Shown in pieces: positions 47,043 to 55,358 of a stretch of DNA of 64,000 nt. Every line of letters starts with the position of its first letter. The first letter of the stretch is position 1. The notes beneath the pieces were generated by a model that saw nothing but the letters and a program-made list of their open reading frames with translations, was not told where the DNA came from and made no database searches. Both the position numbers and the translations under genes were made by a program. The DNA comes from Alphaproteobacteria bacterium (GTDB lineage Bacteria; Pseudomonadota; Alphaproteobacteria; Micavibrionales; Micavibrionaceae), in assembly GCA_029880245.1 (NCBI GenBank), contig JAOUOR010000003.1, forward strand, positions 824 through 64,823. The letters are read 5' to 3'.

Positions 47043-47339
47043 ATGTCAGGTTTACAAAAGCACAAGCAGGCCGGACAGTCCATTTTCATGAGTTCCATGA
47101 CAGGACTGGCCAATACTCTGGCAGTCGTGGCCACGTTCTTGGGAACAGGACCATTTTATTCTGCCAGTAAGGATTGGGTGCGTGATTTTGCCCTTTCCCA
47201 GTACGGCCCTGCCAGTGCTGATTTCGTAACGATGATATGGGGCGTTATTTGCGCGTGCCTCATTTTTTTCACTGCAAGAGCTTCAATCTCGACAGCGCTC
47301 ATGTTTGGCGCCGTGGCAGTGATGGTTCGTTTCTTATAA
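47043..47339 (+). CDS. small multi-pass membrane protein
   Basis: 98 aa with AGGAGG Shine-Dalgarno. About three hydrophobic helices (LANTLAVVATFLGTGPF, FVTMIWGVICACLIFFTA, ISTALMFGAVAVMVRFL). Confidence 0.5.
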   Translation: MSGLQKHKQAGQSIFMSSMTGLANTLAVVATFLGTGPFYSASKDWVRDFALSQYGPASADFVTMIWGVICACLIFFTARASISTALMFGAVAVMVRFL

Positions 47340-47361
47340 TTTAATTTGAAGGAGTATTCCT

Positions 47362-47514
47362 ATGTCTAAAAAACAATATGAGAAAATCGGTGGCGGTAGC
47401 TATGGTGTTTACAAGGAAAAGAAAAATTCTTTCCTCAAAGATATTGGCGAATTTCTAGCCGGATGCGTCTTTATTTTTGTCATTCTGGCCATAATTGGCG
47501 CCTTCATAAACTAA
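47362..47514 (+). CDS. small single-pass membrane protein (50 aa)
   Basis: My own translation: MSKKQYEKIGGGSYGVYKEKKNSFLKDIGEFLAGCVFIFVILAIIGAFIN, with GGAG 7 nt upstream. Below the track cut-off. Confidence 0.35.
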   Translation: MSKKQYEKIGGGSYGVYKEKKNSFLKDIGEFLAGCVFIFVILAIIGAFIN

Positions 47515-47531
47515 CATTCATTCTACTACAG

Positions 47532-47570
47532 AAAATGCCGGGAAGCCTCACACACTTCCCGGCATTTTCT
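47532..47570 (+). terminator. hairpin/terminator immediately upstream of the coupling-protein gene
   Basis: 11-bp stem ATGCCGGGAAG/CTTCCCGGCAT (47535-47545 / 47555-47565) followed by TTTTCTT. Confidence 0.5.
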
Positions 47571-47584
47571 TATGAGATTCCCTT

Positions 47585-49051
47585 ATGATTGATAATGAGA
47601 ATAACCGTTTTGGCTCGGCCAGCTTTGCCAGCGAACAGGATGTTCGCAAAGCAGGTATGTTTGACCAACATTCCAACTCCCTGCTGATTGGCTTCTATGG
47701 CCATAGGCCAGTCTGGTATTCCGGCATGGGCGGGTTACTGCTAGTGGCCGGAGCACGTGGCGGCAAGCTGCGTGATGTTCTCGCCTACAACATCTGTCGG
47801 GGGATTTGCCTGTCTTCTATGGTCATTCTGGACATGAAGGGGGAACTGGCCGTAATCTCCCAAGGGCAAGAACTTGACGGCAAAATCCCTATATACTGGA
47901 ATCCGTGCGGACTCCACGGTATGCCACAGCACCGGATCAACCCGGTTGATTATATCCGCATTGATAGCCCATCCCTTGTTTCCGATACAAAAGTCTTTTG
48001 CGAGAACAAGATTGCTGTTTCGGGCAGTCCTAATGCCGATTACTTTGAACGAAGAGCACAAGAGTTTCTCGAAGCTATGACCCTCACGCTTGCAGAGAAG
48101 AACGGAACGCTGACCCTGCCGGATTTATATCGTGTCATAAATTTAATACCCGGCGGGACGGATGAATGGCTCAACTTCGCCTATGATATGTCACGTAGCT
48201 GCTTCCCGGTAGCTATGCGTATAGAAGAAGAAATTGCATCCTCCCGTAATAATCCAACCAACGGGTTTCAGGGAATTTTAGGGGAACTCTTCAAAGGCTT
48301 TGCCTGTTTGAGCGACCCACAATTACTTTCCTCAGTTTCCCCGCCATATGACTTTTCATTTTCTCAGCCTTGTGAAGGTGATCAGAAGTATCAGGCTTAC
48401 TTCATGCCTAGGGCAGAATTTGTTGAAAGCTGGTCTCCTGTCCTCAAGGATTTATTTGTCGCGGCCATGATCTATAAATCCAGAAAGCCCCAAGCGCCGC
48501 AGCAAACATGGGTGATTGATGAAGCGGCCCAACTCAATAAATTCCCGCTCATTGTAAAACTCTACACTTACGGAGCCGGGATAGGTATTCGTCCGTGGGC
48601 AGTGTTTCAGTCCACCAAACAAATGAAGTCATTAGGACACGAGGCAGATAATATCATTACCTCCAGTGCAGCACTACGCAGTTATTTCGCTGTTAGAGAT
48701 ATAGAAACGGCAAGTAGCGTTTCACGGATGATTGGCGCACAAACACTTGTCTATGAAGACGAACACGCCCATGCACGGGCGCGTCATGCTAAACGGCAAG
48801 CTGTACAGGCCTTTCTCTCTGGTGATGATCCACTAAGTGCAGGGCTAAATTACGCCCATCACGCCCGCGAAGCCGAAACACCACATATGCAGCACCGCCA
48901 GCTTCGTAACCCCGATGAAGTGCTGAATACTCCGGCGGACAAACAATATATATTTGCTGACGGTCTGCCGGGAGTCTTATACGGAGATCGTAAACCTTAC
49001 TACCAGCAGCGCTTCATGAAAGGCCGCTATTCTGATAATCCATATTATTAA
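47585..49051 (+). CDS. type IV coupling protein (VirD4/TraG family) lacking the usual N-terminal transmembrane region
   Basis: RFGSASFASEQDVRKAGMF (compare the GSARWA..AGL motif), the P-loop-like LLVAGARGGK, and the Walker B-like WVIDEAAQL. 488 aa and starts directly with the soluble domain. Confidence 0.8.
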   Translation: MIDNENNRFGSASFASEQDVRKAGMFDQHSNSLLIGFYGHRPVWYSGMGGLLLVAGARGGKLRDVLAYNICRGICLSSMVILDMKGELAVISQGQELDGKIPIYWNPCGLHGMPQHRINPVDYIRIDSPSLVSDTKVFCENKIAVSGSPNADYFERRAQEFLEAMTLTLAEKNGTLTLPDLYRVINLIPGGTDEWLNFAYDMSRSCFPVAMRIEEEIASSRNNPTNGFQGILGELFKGFACLSDPQLLSSVSPPYDFSFSQPCEGDQKYQAYFMPRAEFVESWSPVLKDLFVAAMIYKSRKPQAPQQTWVIDEAAQLNKFPLIVKLYTYGAGIGIRPWAVFQSTKQMKSLGHEADNIITSSAALRSYFAVRDIETASSVSRMIGAQTLVYEDEHAHARARHAKRQAVQAFLSGDDPLSAGLNYAHHAREAETPHMQHRQLRNPDEVLNTPADKQYIFADGLPGVLYGDRKPYYQQRFMKGRYSDNPYY

Positions 49052-49392
49052 TTTGAGGTAGCCAGTAATTCCAATATCTGAGCAGATAATTCTCTAATTT
49101 TTTCCATCTCAGGATCATTGATAATTTCTATTGGATATTTATCAACGGTATCTATTTTTTTAATTTGCTTATCCAGTTTCTTAAATTTTAGACAAACTTC
49201 TTTTGGAAAAAATTCTTCCAGTTTGTTTTTCTCCATATAATAATCTAAGGCAGAGTCATCGAAAACATAACATATTGCTTCATCAAAACTGTGTATCTCA
49301 TCTTTTGAGCCATCTGTCCACAGCACGGCCTGACTATCCTTGTCCAAAGATAATTCCTTTAAACCGTCTAATAAAATTTCTTTTTCTACCAT
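49048..49392 (-). CDS. hypothetical acidic protein
   Basis: 114-aa AT-rich ORF, convergent with and overlapping the coupling-protein stop by 4 nt. No motif recognised. Confidence 0.4.
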   Translation of the reverse strand: MVEKEILLDGLKELSLDKDSQAVLWTDGSKDEIHSFDEAICYVFDDSALDYYMEKNKLEEFFPKEVCLKFKKLDKQIKKIDTVDKYPIEIINDPEMEKIRELSAQILELLATSN

Positions 49393-49524
49393 TAAAAATC
49401 TCCTATCTATCCCAACCTGACCCTTACTATATAATATCTAGCATATTTTCAATATTTATCCCCCTGAGCTGCTTTCATCTCCCTGTAAAATGGTACTACC
49501 ACCACCAACCAAAGGAGATAATCC

Positions 49525-49815
49525 ATGACCAGCAAAACCCCACAAGAAACCTTACGTGATGCCAACCTTAAAGCCAGTATATGGCGCAATGAAAGTGAGC
49601 AAGGTTCTTACTTCACTACTACACTTGCTCGTACCTATAAGGATGAGCAAGGAAATTACCGCGATACAAACAGCTTCGGACAGAATGATTTGCTGCGTCT
49701 CGCAGAACTTTCACGCAGCGCATACAACCGCGTCAATGAGATCAAACGTGAAGAATTCCGTGATAAGCGGCAAGCACCATCAAGGGGCAGAAATTCCCAT
49801 GAGCGAAACCGATAA
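49525..49815 (+). CDS. hypothetical protein (conjugative-element-associated, by context)
   Basis: 96 aa with a GGAG Shine-Dalgarno. TLRDANLKASIWRNESEQGSYFTTTLARTYKDEQGNYRDTNSF. I vaguely recall similar small proteins in alphaproteobacterial ICEs but cannot name the family. Confidence 0.45.
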   Translation: MTSKTPQETLRDANLKASIWRNESEQGSYFTTTLARTYKDEQGNYRDTNSFGQNDLLRLAELSRSAYNRVNEIKREEFRDKRQAPSRGRNSHERNR

Positions 49816-49832
49816 TTTTTTACGCGCACCCC

Positions 49833-49861
49833 TTGACTCACATGCGGACTCACAATAACAA
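49833..49861 (+). promoter_or_regulatory. possible promoter for the 49936 ORF / recombinase operon
   Basis: TTGACT-N17-TAACAA(T). The spacer contains a direct repeat GACTCACA-N4-GACTCACA. Confidence 0.3.
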
Positions 49862-49935
49862 TGTTCCCTCTTTGTTCTCATTAACAGGAAAAAGGATGCG
49901 TATGGATAAACACTAAAATTATAAGGAAAAGCGGT

Positions 49936-50298
49936 ATGAACAATAAAAAACGGCCAGATACAATAGAGGATAAATTACCGAGGAGAAAACCCGGACAAAA
50001 GCGCCTGCCACTTCCAACACTGACGCTTGATATTGAGCGCTATGAGGAATATCTCGAAGATTGCGATATGACCGAAGCGCAGCAGGAAGAATTCCTGCAA
50101 ACCCTTTGGGATATTATCGTGTGCTTCGTTGACATGGGCTTTGGCATTGAGCCAACCCAAGCGGCCTGTGGAGAACTCATCAAAAAGAGCGCGCATGATC
50201 CCTCAAATGAGCTAGACTCTAAGGGTCAATCACTCACAGAAGGTTTTAGAAAAGTTGCTGCATCTAAAGATGCGCAGCAGGAAGGAGTCACATCATGA
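49936..50298 (+). CDS. hypothetical protein translationally coupled to the serine recombinase
   Basis: 120 aa. Its TGA overlaps the recombinase ATG (ATGA at 50295-50298). By position only, it is a possible recombination accessory/directionality factor. Confidence 0.45.
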   Translation: MNNKKRPDTIEDKLPRRKPGQKRLPLPTLTLDIERYEEYLEDCDMTEAQQEEFLQTLWDIIVCFVDMGFGIEPTQAACGELIKKSAHDPSNELDSKGQSLTEGFRKVAASKDAQQEGVTS

Positions 50299-51857
50299 TG
50301 GAATTTGAAACCCAGCACCATAATTTTACCAACGCTGTTATTTATACGAGAGTGTCATCCAAGAAACAGGTTAAGTCCGGTGACGGCCTCAGATCACAAG
50401 AAACCCGCTGTCTTTCTTACGCCGGGTACAAAGGCTATGCAGTGGTTAAAACTTTCTCCGATGATCTTTCCGGGAGTTCTGCCCAGCGCCCCGGTTTGAA
50501 TGACATGCTCAAATTCCTGAAGAAGAACAGGAAAGACGGCTATGTTATCCTTATTGACGACATTAGCCGCATAGCCCGGAACATCCGTACCCACCTAGAT
50601 TTGCGCGATATTATAAATGAAATTGGCGCGGTGCTGGAAAGCCCCTCAATTGAATTTAAGAATGATCCTGATAGTCTATTTTTCGAGAACATGCAGGCGG
50701 TGAATGCTGATTTCTTCCGCCGTAAGAATGCACAGCAAACAAGAAACCGGAGAATAGCCCGGCTCTCAAATGGCTATTGGTGCTTTCAAAAACCTGCTGG
50801 CTATAAGCATGAAACCGTTAAAGGGCATGGGAAGCTGCTTGTTCGTGACGATCCGCTGGCCAGTATAATTCAGGAAGGTCTTGAAGGGTTTGCCAGCGGC
50901 AGGTTCCAGACACAGGCAGAACTGACACGTTTCTTTCAGGAGTTTCCTGAATTCCCTAAAGACCGCTATGGCAACGTTCGTGACCAGCGCGTGAATGAGA
51001 TAATAAACAGGGTTATTTATGCTGGTTATATTGAGGTTCCCAAATATAATATTCCCTTGCAAAAAGCCAAGCATGAAGCCCTGATCAGCTTTGAAACCTT
51101 CCAGAAAAATCAGGAGCGCCTGAAAGAGAATGCCAAAGTGCCTGCCCGTAAGAACCTCAAAGTTGATTTCCCATTGCGTGGGGCGGTTGTTTGTAAATGC
51201 GGAACACCATTCACCGCCTGCTGGTCGAAGGGAAAGAATAAAAAATATCCTTACTACCTGTGCCACAATCGTGACTGTGACCTGCACAGGAAATCCGTGC
51301 CCCGTGATCAGATGCAAAGTGAATTTGAGGAGTTACTCAAAGAACTCCGTCCTTCTGCCTCCATGTTCAATACAATGAGAGCCATGTTCAAAGATATTTG
51401 GGAATACCGCCTGAATAATACAAAGCTCTTGGCCAAGTCCGCTGAAAAAGAACTGGTCAACATTGAGCGTAAGACGGAGCAATTACTGGATCGCCTTGTT
51501 GAAACAAACAGCATGGCGGCAATTTCTGCGTATGAAGGTAAGATCGAAAAACTGGAAAAGGAGAAGATTGTTTTGAGAGAAAAAATAGAAAATTGCGGGA
51601 AACCGTGCCATGCCTTTGAGGAAATGTTCGAACACGCCCTTACATTCCTGTCAAACCCCTATAAATTATGGGTTTCTGACAATCTGACCTTGCGCCGTTT
51701 AGTGCTCAAACTGGCCTTTTCTGACAGGCTCACATACATCAAAAATCAAGGGTTTCGAACACCGGATTTAGCCTTTCCTTTCAAGGCATTAGAGGGTCTG
51801 AAATACGGTAAAAATAGTATGGCGCGCCCGAGAGGATTCGAACCCCTGACCTCCTGA
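50295..51857 (+). CDS. large serine recombinase (resolvase/invertase N-domain + recombinase domain + zinc-ribbon-like + coiled coil)
   Basis: AVIYTRVSSKKQ (catalytic Ser), DDISRIAR, the Cys cluster CKCG..C....C.NRDC, and a C-terminal coiled coil. The last 12 residues (MARPRGFEPLTS) and the stop codon are encoded by the 3' part of the tRNA-Arg gene on the opposite strand. Confidence 0.9.
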   Translation: MMEFETQHHNFTNAVIYTRVSSKKQVKSGDGLRSQETRCLSYAGYKGYAVVKTFSDDLSGSSAQRPGLNDMLKFLKKNRKDGYVILIDDISRIARNIRTHLDLRDIINEIGAVLESPSIEFKNDPDSLFFENMQAVNADFFRRKNAQQTRNRRIARLSNGYWCFQKPAGYKHETVKGHGKLLVRDDPLASIIQEGLEGFASGRFQTQAELTRFFQEFPEFPKDRYGNVRDQRVNEIINRVIYAGYIEVPKYNIPLQKAKHEALISFETFQKNQERLKENAKVPARKNLKVDFPLRGAVVCKCGTPFTACWSKGKNKKYPYYLCHNRDCDLHRKSVPRDQMQSEFEELLKELRPSASMFNTMRAMFKDIWEYRLNNTKLLAKSAEKELVNIERKTEQLLDRLVETNSMAAISAYEGKIEKLEKEKIVLREKIENCGKPCHAFEEMFEHALTFLSNPYKLWVSDNLTLRRLVLKLAFSDRLTYIKNQGFRTPDLAFPFKALEGLKYGKNSMARPRGFEPLTS

Positions 51858-51896
51858 TCCGTAGTCAGGCGCTCTATCCAGCTGAGCTACGGGCGC
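51820..51896 (-). tRNA. tRNA-Arg (anticodon ACG)
   Basis: The reverse complement folds by hand: acceptor GCGCCCG/CGGGCGC, D-arm GCTCAGCTGGATAGAGC, anticodon stem CCTGA/TCAGG with loop CTACGGA, T-arm AGGGGTTCGAATCCTCT (one G-U), discriminator G, encoded CCA. Confidence 0.9.
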
Positions 51897-51986
51897 ATAT
51901 TTGAACTTCAAGGTGAGCGGAACATACGTGATCAAACCGCCTTTTTCAAGAGAAAACTGCACTTTGGCCGGTAATCCCGTATAGAT

Positions 51987-52016
51987 TTGACAGAAGAGGA
52001 CGAATTGCTCTAAAAT
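51987..52016 (+). promoter_or_regulatory. possible sigma70-like promoter for 52045 ORF
   Basis: TTGACA-N18-TAAAAT, ending 29 nt upstream of the ATG. Confidence 0.35.
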
Positions 52017-52044
52017 TGTAGCGATAAAGCGGGATATATAAGTA

Positions 52045-53754
52045 ATGCGTGATAAAACATCCAAAAAGCCGGAAAGCCCTAATATTTATGTTATGGGCCT
52101 TACTGTTCGGGGAGATACCGAAGAGCGCAGCTATGAATTCTGTTCAGCACATGAAGGGATGTTTAGTGCACTGAAAAATTTTATTTATGACTTGCATCAA
52201 AACGATATTCTTCTACCTAAAGACATCTTTTTATCTATTCTTGACGATATGGAGTGTTTTGTTTTTGATCCTGAAACACAGGACAAAAAAGAACTTAAAT
52301 TCGAAATTATATCCAAAGGTACTGAAAAGCGCCATATTTCTATTGAAGAGAGTATAGAAAGGCTTAGTGAAGAGTTAGCTAAAAGCGAGCGAAAACTATC
52401 TAAGGAAACTGTAGATTCACTAGAAGAATATCTGACCCACAATTTAAAAGATGAATTCAAGGCTTCCACGATAGAAGAAGCTAGGGGTAAAGCCACAAAG
52501 CCGGAGGAAGAGGAAAAACCGAAAAAACAAGAAAAGGCAGCTCTTGAAATCGGTAAGCATATTAAGGGAAAAGACGCACACAAGCTTTTGAAGCGTGCCA
52601 TGATGCATTACTGGAAAGATGTTGGATCGAGCCTTAAGGCAGGTACTTATGAATTCGCTTCCAATTTACCCACGTTTTATTTGGCTGCGACAGAACCTAA
52701 TGGACAAATAATGACTTCAGCAGCAGGTGGGGGGGCACTTACATTAAGTTTTATGGGCGAGGCCGGTATGGATTTTTACCGCTTTTTGCGTTGTGCCCGC
52801 TTGGAAATGAAGTTGCAGGATAACACAGAAGAAATGGGGCAAGAAAAGGCACTCAAGACGCTGGAAAATGACATGCATAAGGAGGGGCTGCTCTTTGAAA
52901 ATATACCCGAATATAATCTGGATGATTTTCCTAAAAAAAGATTCAATCAAATTATAGAATCTATACGAATTTTTCAAAAGCAGGGGCATTTTAAAAAACG
53001 GGTCGAAGATGTTGGGAATTATCTCAGAAACTTCAGCAAGAAAGATGCTAGAAAAATTGCGGAAAATTGTGTTTCTGCAGCTCACATTCTTGCCTTTGGC
53101 ACGGCAAATGCTGCGGGCAAGATAATCGGAGATTCGATTACAAACTGGGCCAAACCCAGTTATTGGAAAAATATTGCTGTAGGAGCTTTTAGGATACCCC
53201 AGTCACTTTATACCTATAAGCTAGGAAAAAACGAATTAAGGCATGTCAATAAACAAAAACCACATTTTACCGAAATCACTAAGGGTAAACATAGAGATTC
53301 CCTGATTGCGAAATCGGACCCTGAATTTACGGAGGAACTTAGAAAATCCAGAAGATCAGTTAAACAGGAAATTTCCAATTCAAAATATGATACTTTTCGT
53401 TACGGTCTTGAAACTGCCTTTATCGGTGGACATATAGTAGAAGTATCACATGATTTTAATCCCGATGAACTTTCCAGAGCTGGTGAAGCTCTTATGAATA
53501 TGGATTTTGCTGCGATCGAAGGAGGCGAAGTTTTTACGAGCAATAATATTAAACTTCTTGTAAGTTTGGGATCTATATCCCTTGCTTTGGAACCATGGTC
53601 CCATTTGGGCAAAAATCTTGATACAGTGTACAAAAAAATAACAGGTGCTCGTAGTAAACAAACTACTCAGTACGACCGATACCTCAAATTAATGGATTCG
53701 ATAGAAGAAAAACAAAATAATCCTAAAGCCTCATCTGTAGAGCCAAGCCTCTAA
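52045..53754 (+). CDS. large hypothetical protein (569 aa), no recognisable domain
   Basis: Long uninterrupted ORF with a charged coiled-coil-like segment (EEARGKATKPEEEEKPKKQEKA). No signal peptide or motif recognised. Directly flanks tRNA-Arg. Confidence 0.55.
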   Translation: MRDKTSKKPESPNIYVMGLTVRGDTEERSYEFCSAHEGMFSALKNFIYDLHQNDILLPKDIFLSILDDMECFVFDPETQDKKELKFEIISKGTEKRHISIEESIERLSEELAKSERKLSKETVDSLEEYLTHNLKDEFKASTIEEARGKATKPEEEEKPKKQEKAALEIGKHIKGKDAHKLLKRAMMHYWKDVGSSLKAGTYEFASNLPTFYLAATEPNGQIMTSAAGGGALTLSFMGEAGMDFYRFLRCARLEMKLQDNTEEMGQEKALKTLENDMHKEGLLFENIPEYNLDDFPKKRFNQIIESIRIFQKQGHFKKRVEDVGNYLRNFSKKDARKIAENCVSAAHILAFGTANAAGKIIGDSITNWAKPSYWKNIAVGAFRIPQSLYTYKLGKNELRHVNKQKPHFTEITKGKHRDSLIAKSDPEFTEELRKSRRSVKQEISNSKYDTFRYGLETAFIGGHIVEVSHDFNPDELSRAGEALMNMDFAAIEGGEVFTSNNIKLLVSLGSISLALEPWSHLGKNLDTVYKKITGARSKQTTQYDRYLKLMDSIEEKQNNPKASSVEPSL

Positions 53755-53797
53755 TTTAACCTATACCCTCCCCATAATATGCTCTATAAAAGAGCGC

Positions 53798-54598
53798 ATG
53801 AAAATCAAAGAGCAATACACAATTGACGACCTGATCGAGGTGATGGCCGCTTTGCGCAATCCTGATGGCGGTTGTCCATGGGATCTGGAGCAAGATTTCA
53901 AAAGCATTGCCCCCTATACGTTGGAAGAAGCCTATGAAGTTGCCGATGCGATTGATAGAGGCAATATGGATGACCTTCGGGAAGAGCTAGGGGACTTGCT
54001 TTTTCAACCTATCTATCACGCGCAAATGGCCAGTGAAGAGGGAGCCTTTGACATTCATGATGTTATCCATGATGTCACGCATAAGATGATATCCCGCCAT
54101 CCTCATGTGTTTGGGGAAGAAGATGCCCGGAGCGCAAGCGATGTTAACGCCATATGGGACAAACAAAAAAAGGCCGAAAAGAAAACCGATGCTAGTGCTC
54201 TGGATGGGGTGGCATCTGCTCTACCTTCTCTTTTGAGGGCGCAAAAGCTCCAGAAAAAAGCCGCCAAAATTGGTTTTGAGTGGACGGAGATAGAAGATAT
54301 CTTTGCCAAATTAGAGGAAGAATTGGCGGAGCTAAAAGAGGCCTGCGCCAAGCAGGATCAGGATCATATGCAAGAAGAGCTTGGTGATGTTTTATTTGTT
54401 GTCGCTAATATTGGCAGAATTTTAGGTTTGAACGCCGAGGAGTCCTTGCGGCGCTGTAACAATAAATTTATTCGTCGCTTTCAAGGCATGGAAACAGACT
54501 TGAAAGCCAGCGAGAAAACCTTTAACGATCTAACATTAGATGAAATGCTTGAACTATGGGACAAGCAGAAAAAGAAGAAAATTTCAGATGCCGCTTAA
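53798..54598 (+). CDS. mazG: nucleoside triphosphate pyrophosphohydrolase MazG
   Basis: Two MazG EEXXE/D repeats (LEEAYEVADAI..EELGDLLF and EEELAELKEA..EELGDVLF). 266 aa. Confidence 0.9.
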   Translation: MKIKEQYTIDDLIEVMAALRNPDGGCPWDLEQDFKSIAPYTLEEAYEVADAIDRGNMDDLREELGDLLFQPIYHAQMASEEGAFDIHDVIHDVTHKMISRHPHVFGEEDARSASDVNAIWDKQKKAEKKTDASALDGVASALPSLLRAQKLQKKAAKIGFEWTEIEDIFAKLEEELAELKEACAKQDQDHMQEELGDVLFVVANIGRILGLNAEESLRRCNNKFIRRFQGMETDLKASEKTFNDLTLDEMLELWDKQKKKKISDAA

Positions 54599-55334
54599 AT
54601 TACCTAAAATCATAGGCCATCGAGGGTGCGCTGCTTATGCGCCGGAAAATACGCTGGAAGGCATTCACATGGCTGCCGATATGGGCGTTGAATGGGTCGA
54701 ATTTGATGTCAAGCTAACCAAGGATGAAGTGCCGATACTCTTTCATGATAGCACGCTGGACCGTACAACCAGCGGCACCGGAAATGTTGCTGATCGCACT
54801 TATAAAGAGATTATGGAGCTTGATTGTGGCAGTTGGTTCGGAGAGAGCTTTATCGGCATTCAAATCCCGACATTAGAGCAAGCCATTGATGTTTTGATCG
54901 AAAGAGGTTTGGGCTTAAATCTCGAAATTAAACCCTGTCCGGGCCGTGAAAAAGAAACGGCGGAAATTGCTCTGGATTTGCTTTCAACGATTTGGGATGA
55001 TCATGATCGTCTTTTAATCTCTTCTTTACAGCCTGTCAGTCTCGAGGTTGCCTGTGATATGGCTGCGGACTGGCATCGCGGGTTATTGCTGCCAGAGGAA
55101 TGGCCGGAAAACTGGGCAGAGCTTGTGGATTACTTGCAGGTATCAACCGTCAATGTAAACGCAAATAATGTTACGCGTGATCAAATCGAGAGTATTATAG
55201 ATAAAGAAAAGCAGATTCTGGCCTATACAGTTAATAATCCGGATCAGGCGCGCCTGCTTCAGAGCTGGGGTGTAGATGGGTTCTTTAGTGACTGTCCCGA
55301 TGTTCTGGAAGAGGGCATTTTCTCGGTACATTAG
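54588..55334 (+). CDS. ugpQ: glycerophosphodiester phosphodiesterase
   Basis: IIGHRGCAAYAPENTLEG and EFDVKLTKD motifs (GDPD family). Start set at MPLKLPKII, overlapping the mazG stop. The track ORF starts 16 codons earlier. Confidence 0.8.
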   Translation: MPLKLPKIIGHRGCAAYAPENTLEGIHMAADMGVEWVEFDVKLTKDEVPILFHDSTLDRTTSGTGNVADRTYKEIMELDCGSWFGESFIGIQIPTLEQAIDVLIERGLGLNLEIKPCPGREKETAEIALDLLSTIWDDHDRLLISSLQPVSLEVACDMAADWHRGLLLPEEWPENWAELVDYLQVSTVNVNANNVTRDQIESIIDKEKQILAYTVNNPDQARLLQSWGVDGFFSDCPDVLEEGIFSVH

Positions 55335-55358
55335 AAATTTCTTATCAGGATAAAGCTT

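Larger units (their letters stand above)
37127..51896. mobile_element. integrative mobilizable element (IME) adjacent to/within tRNA-Arg; left boundary approximate
   Basis: Contains MobC-like RHH plus a MOBQ-type relaxase, a candidate oriT, a VirD4/TraG-type coupling protein and a large serine recombinase, but no mating-pair-formation genes. The recombinase ORF terminates inside the tRNA-Arg gene. Cargo genes have different (lower) GC by eye. Confidence 0.6.

Noticed and set aside
47585-49051. Suspicion that the coupling protein has a degenerate Walker A (AGARGGKL)
   Set aside because: Canonical VirD4 proteins also have a non-classical P-loop (..TRSGKG..) at the equivalent position, so the motif is not evidence of inactivation. 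Only the missing N-terminal TM region is reported.
51789-52064. 91-aa minus-strand ORF spanning tRNA-Arg
   Set aside because: It reads straight through a well-folding tRNA gene (..YAPVAQLDRAPDYGSGGQGFESSRARH..). That is a classic tRNA-derived artefact.
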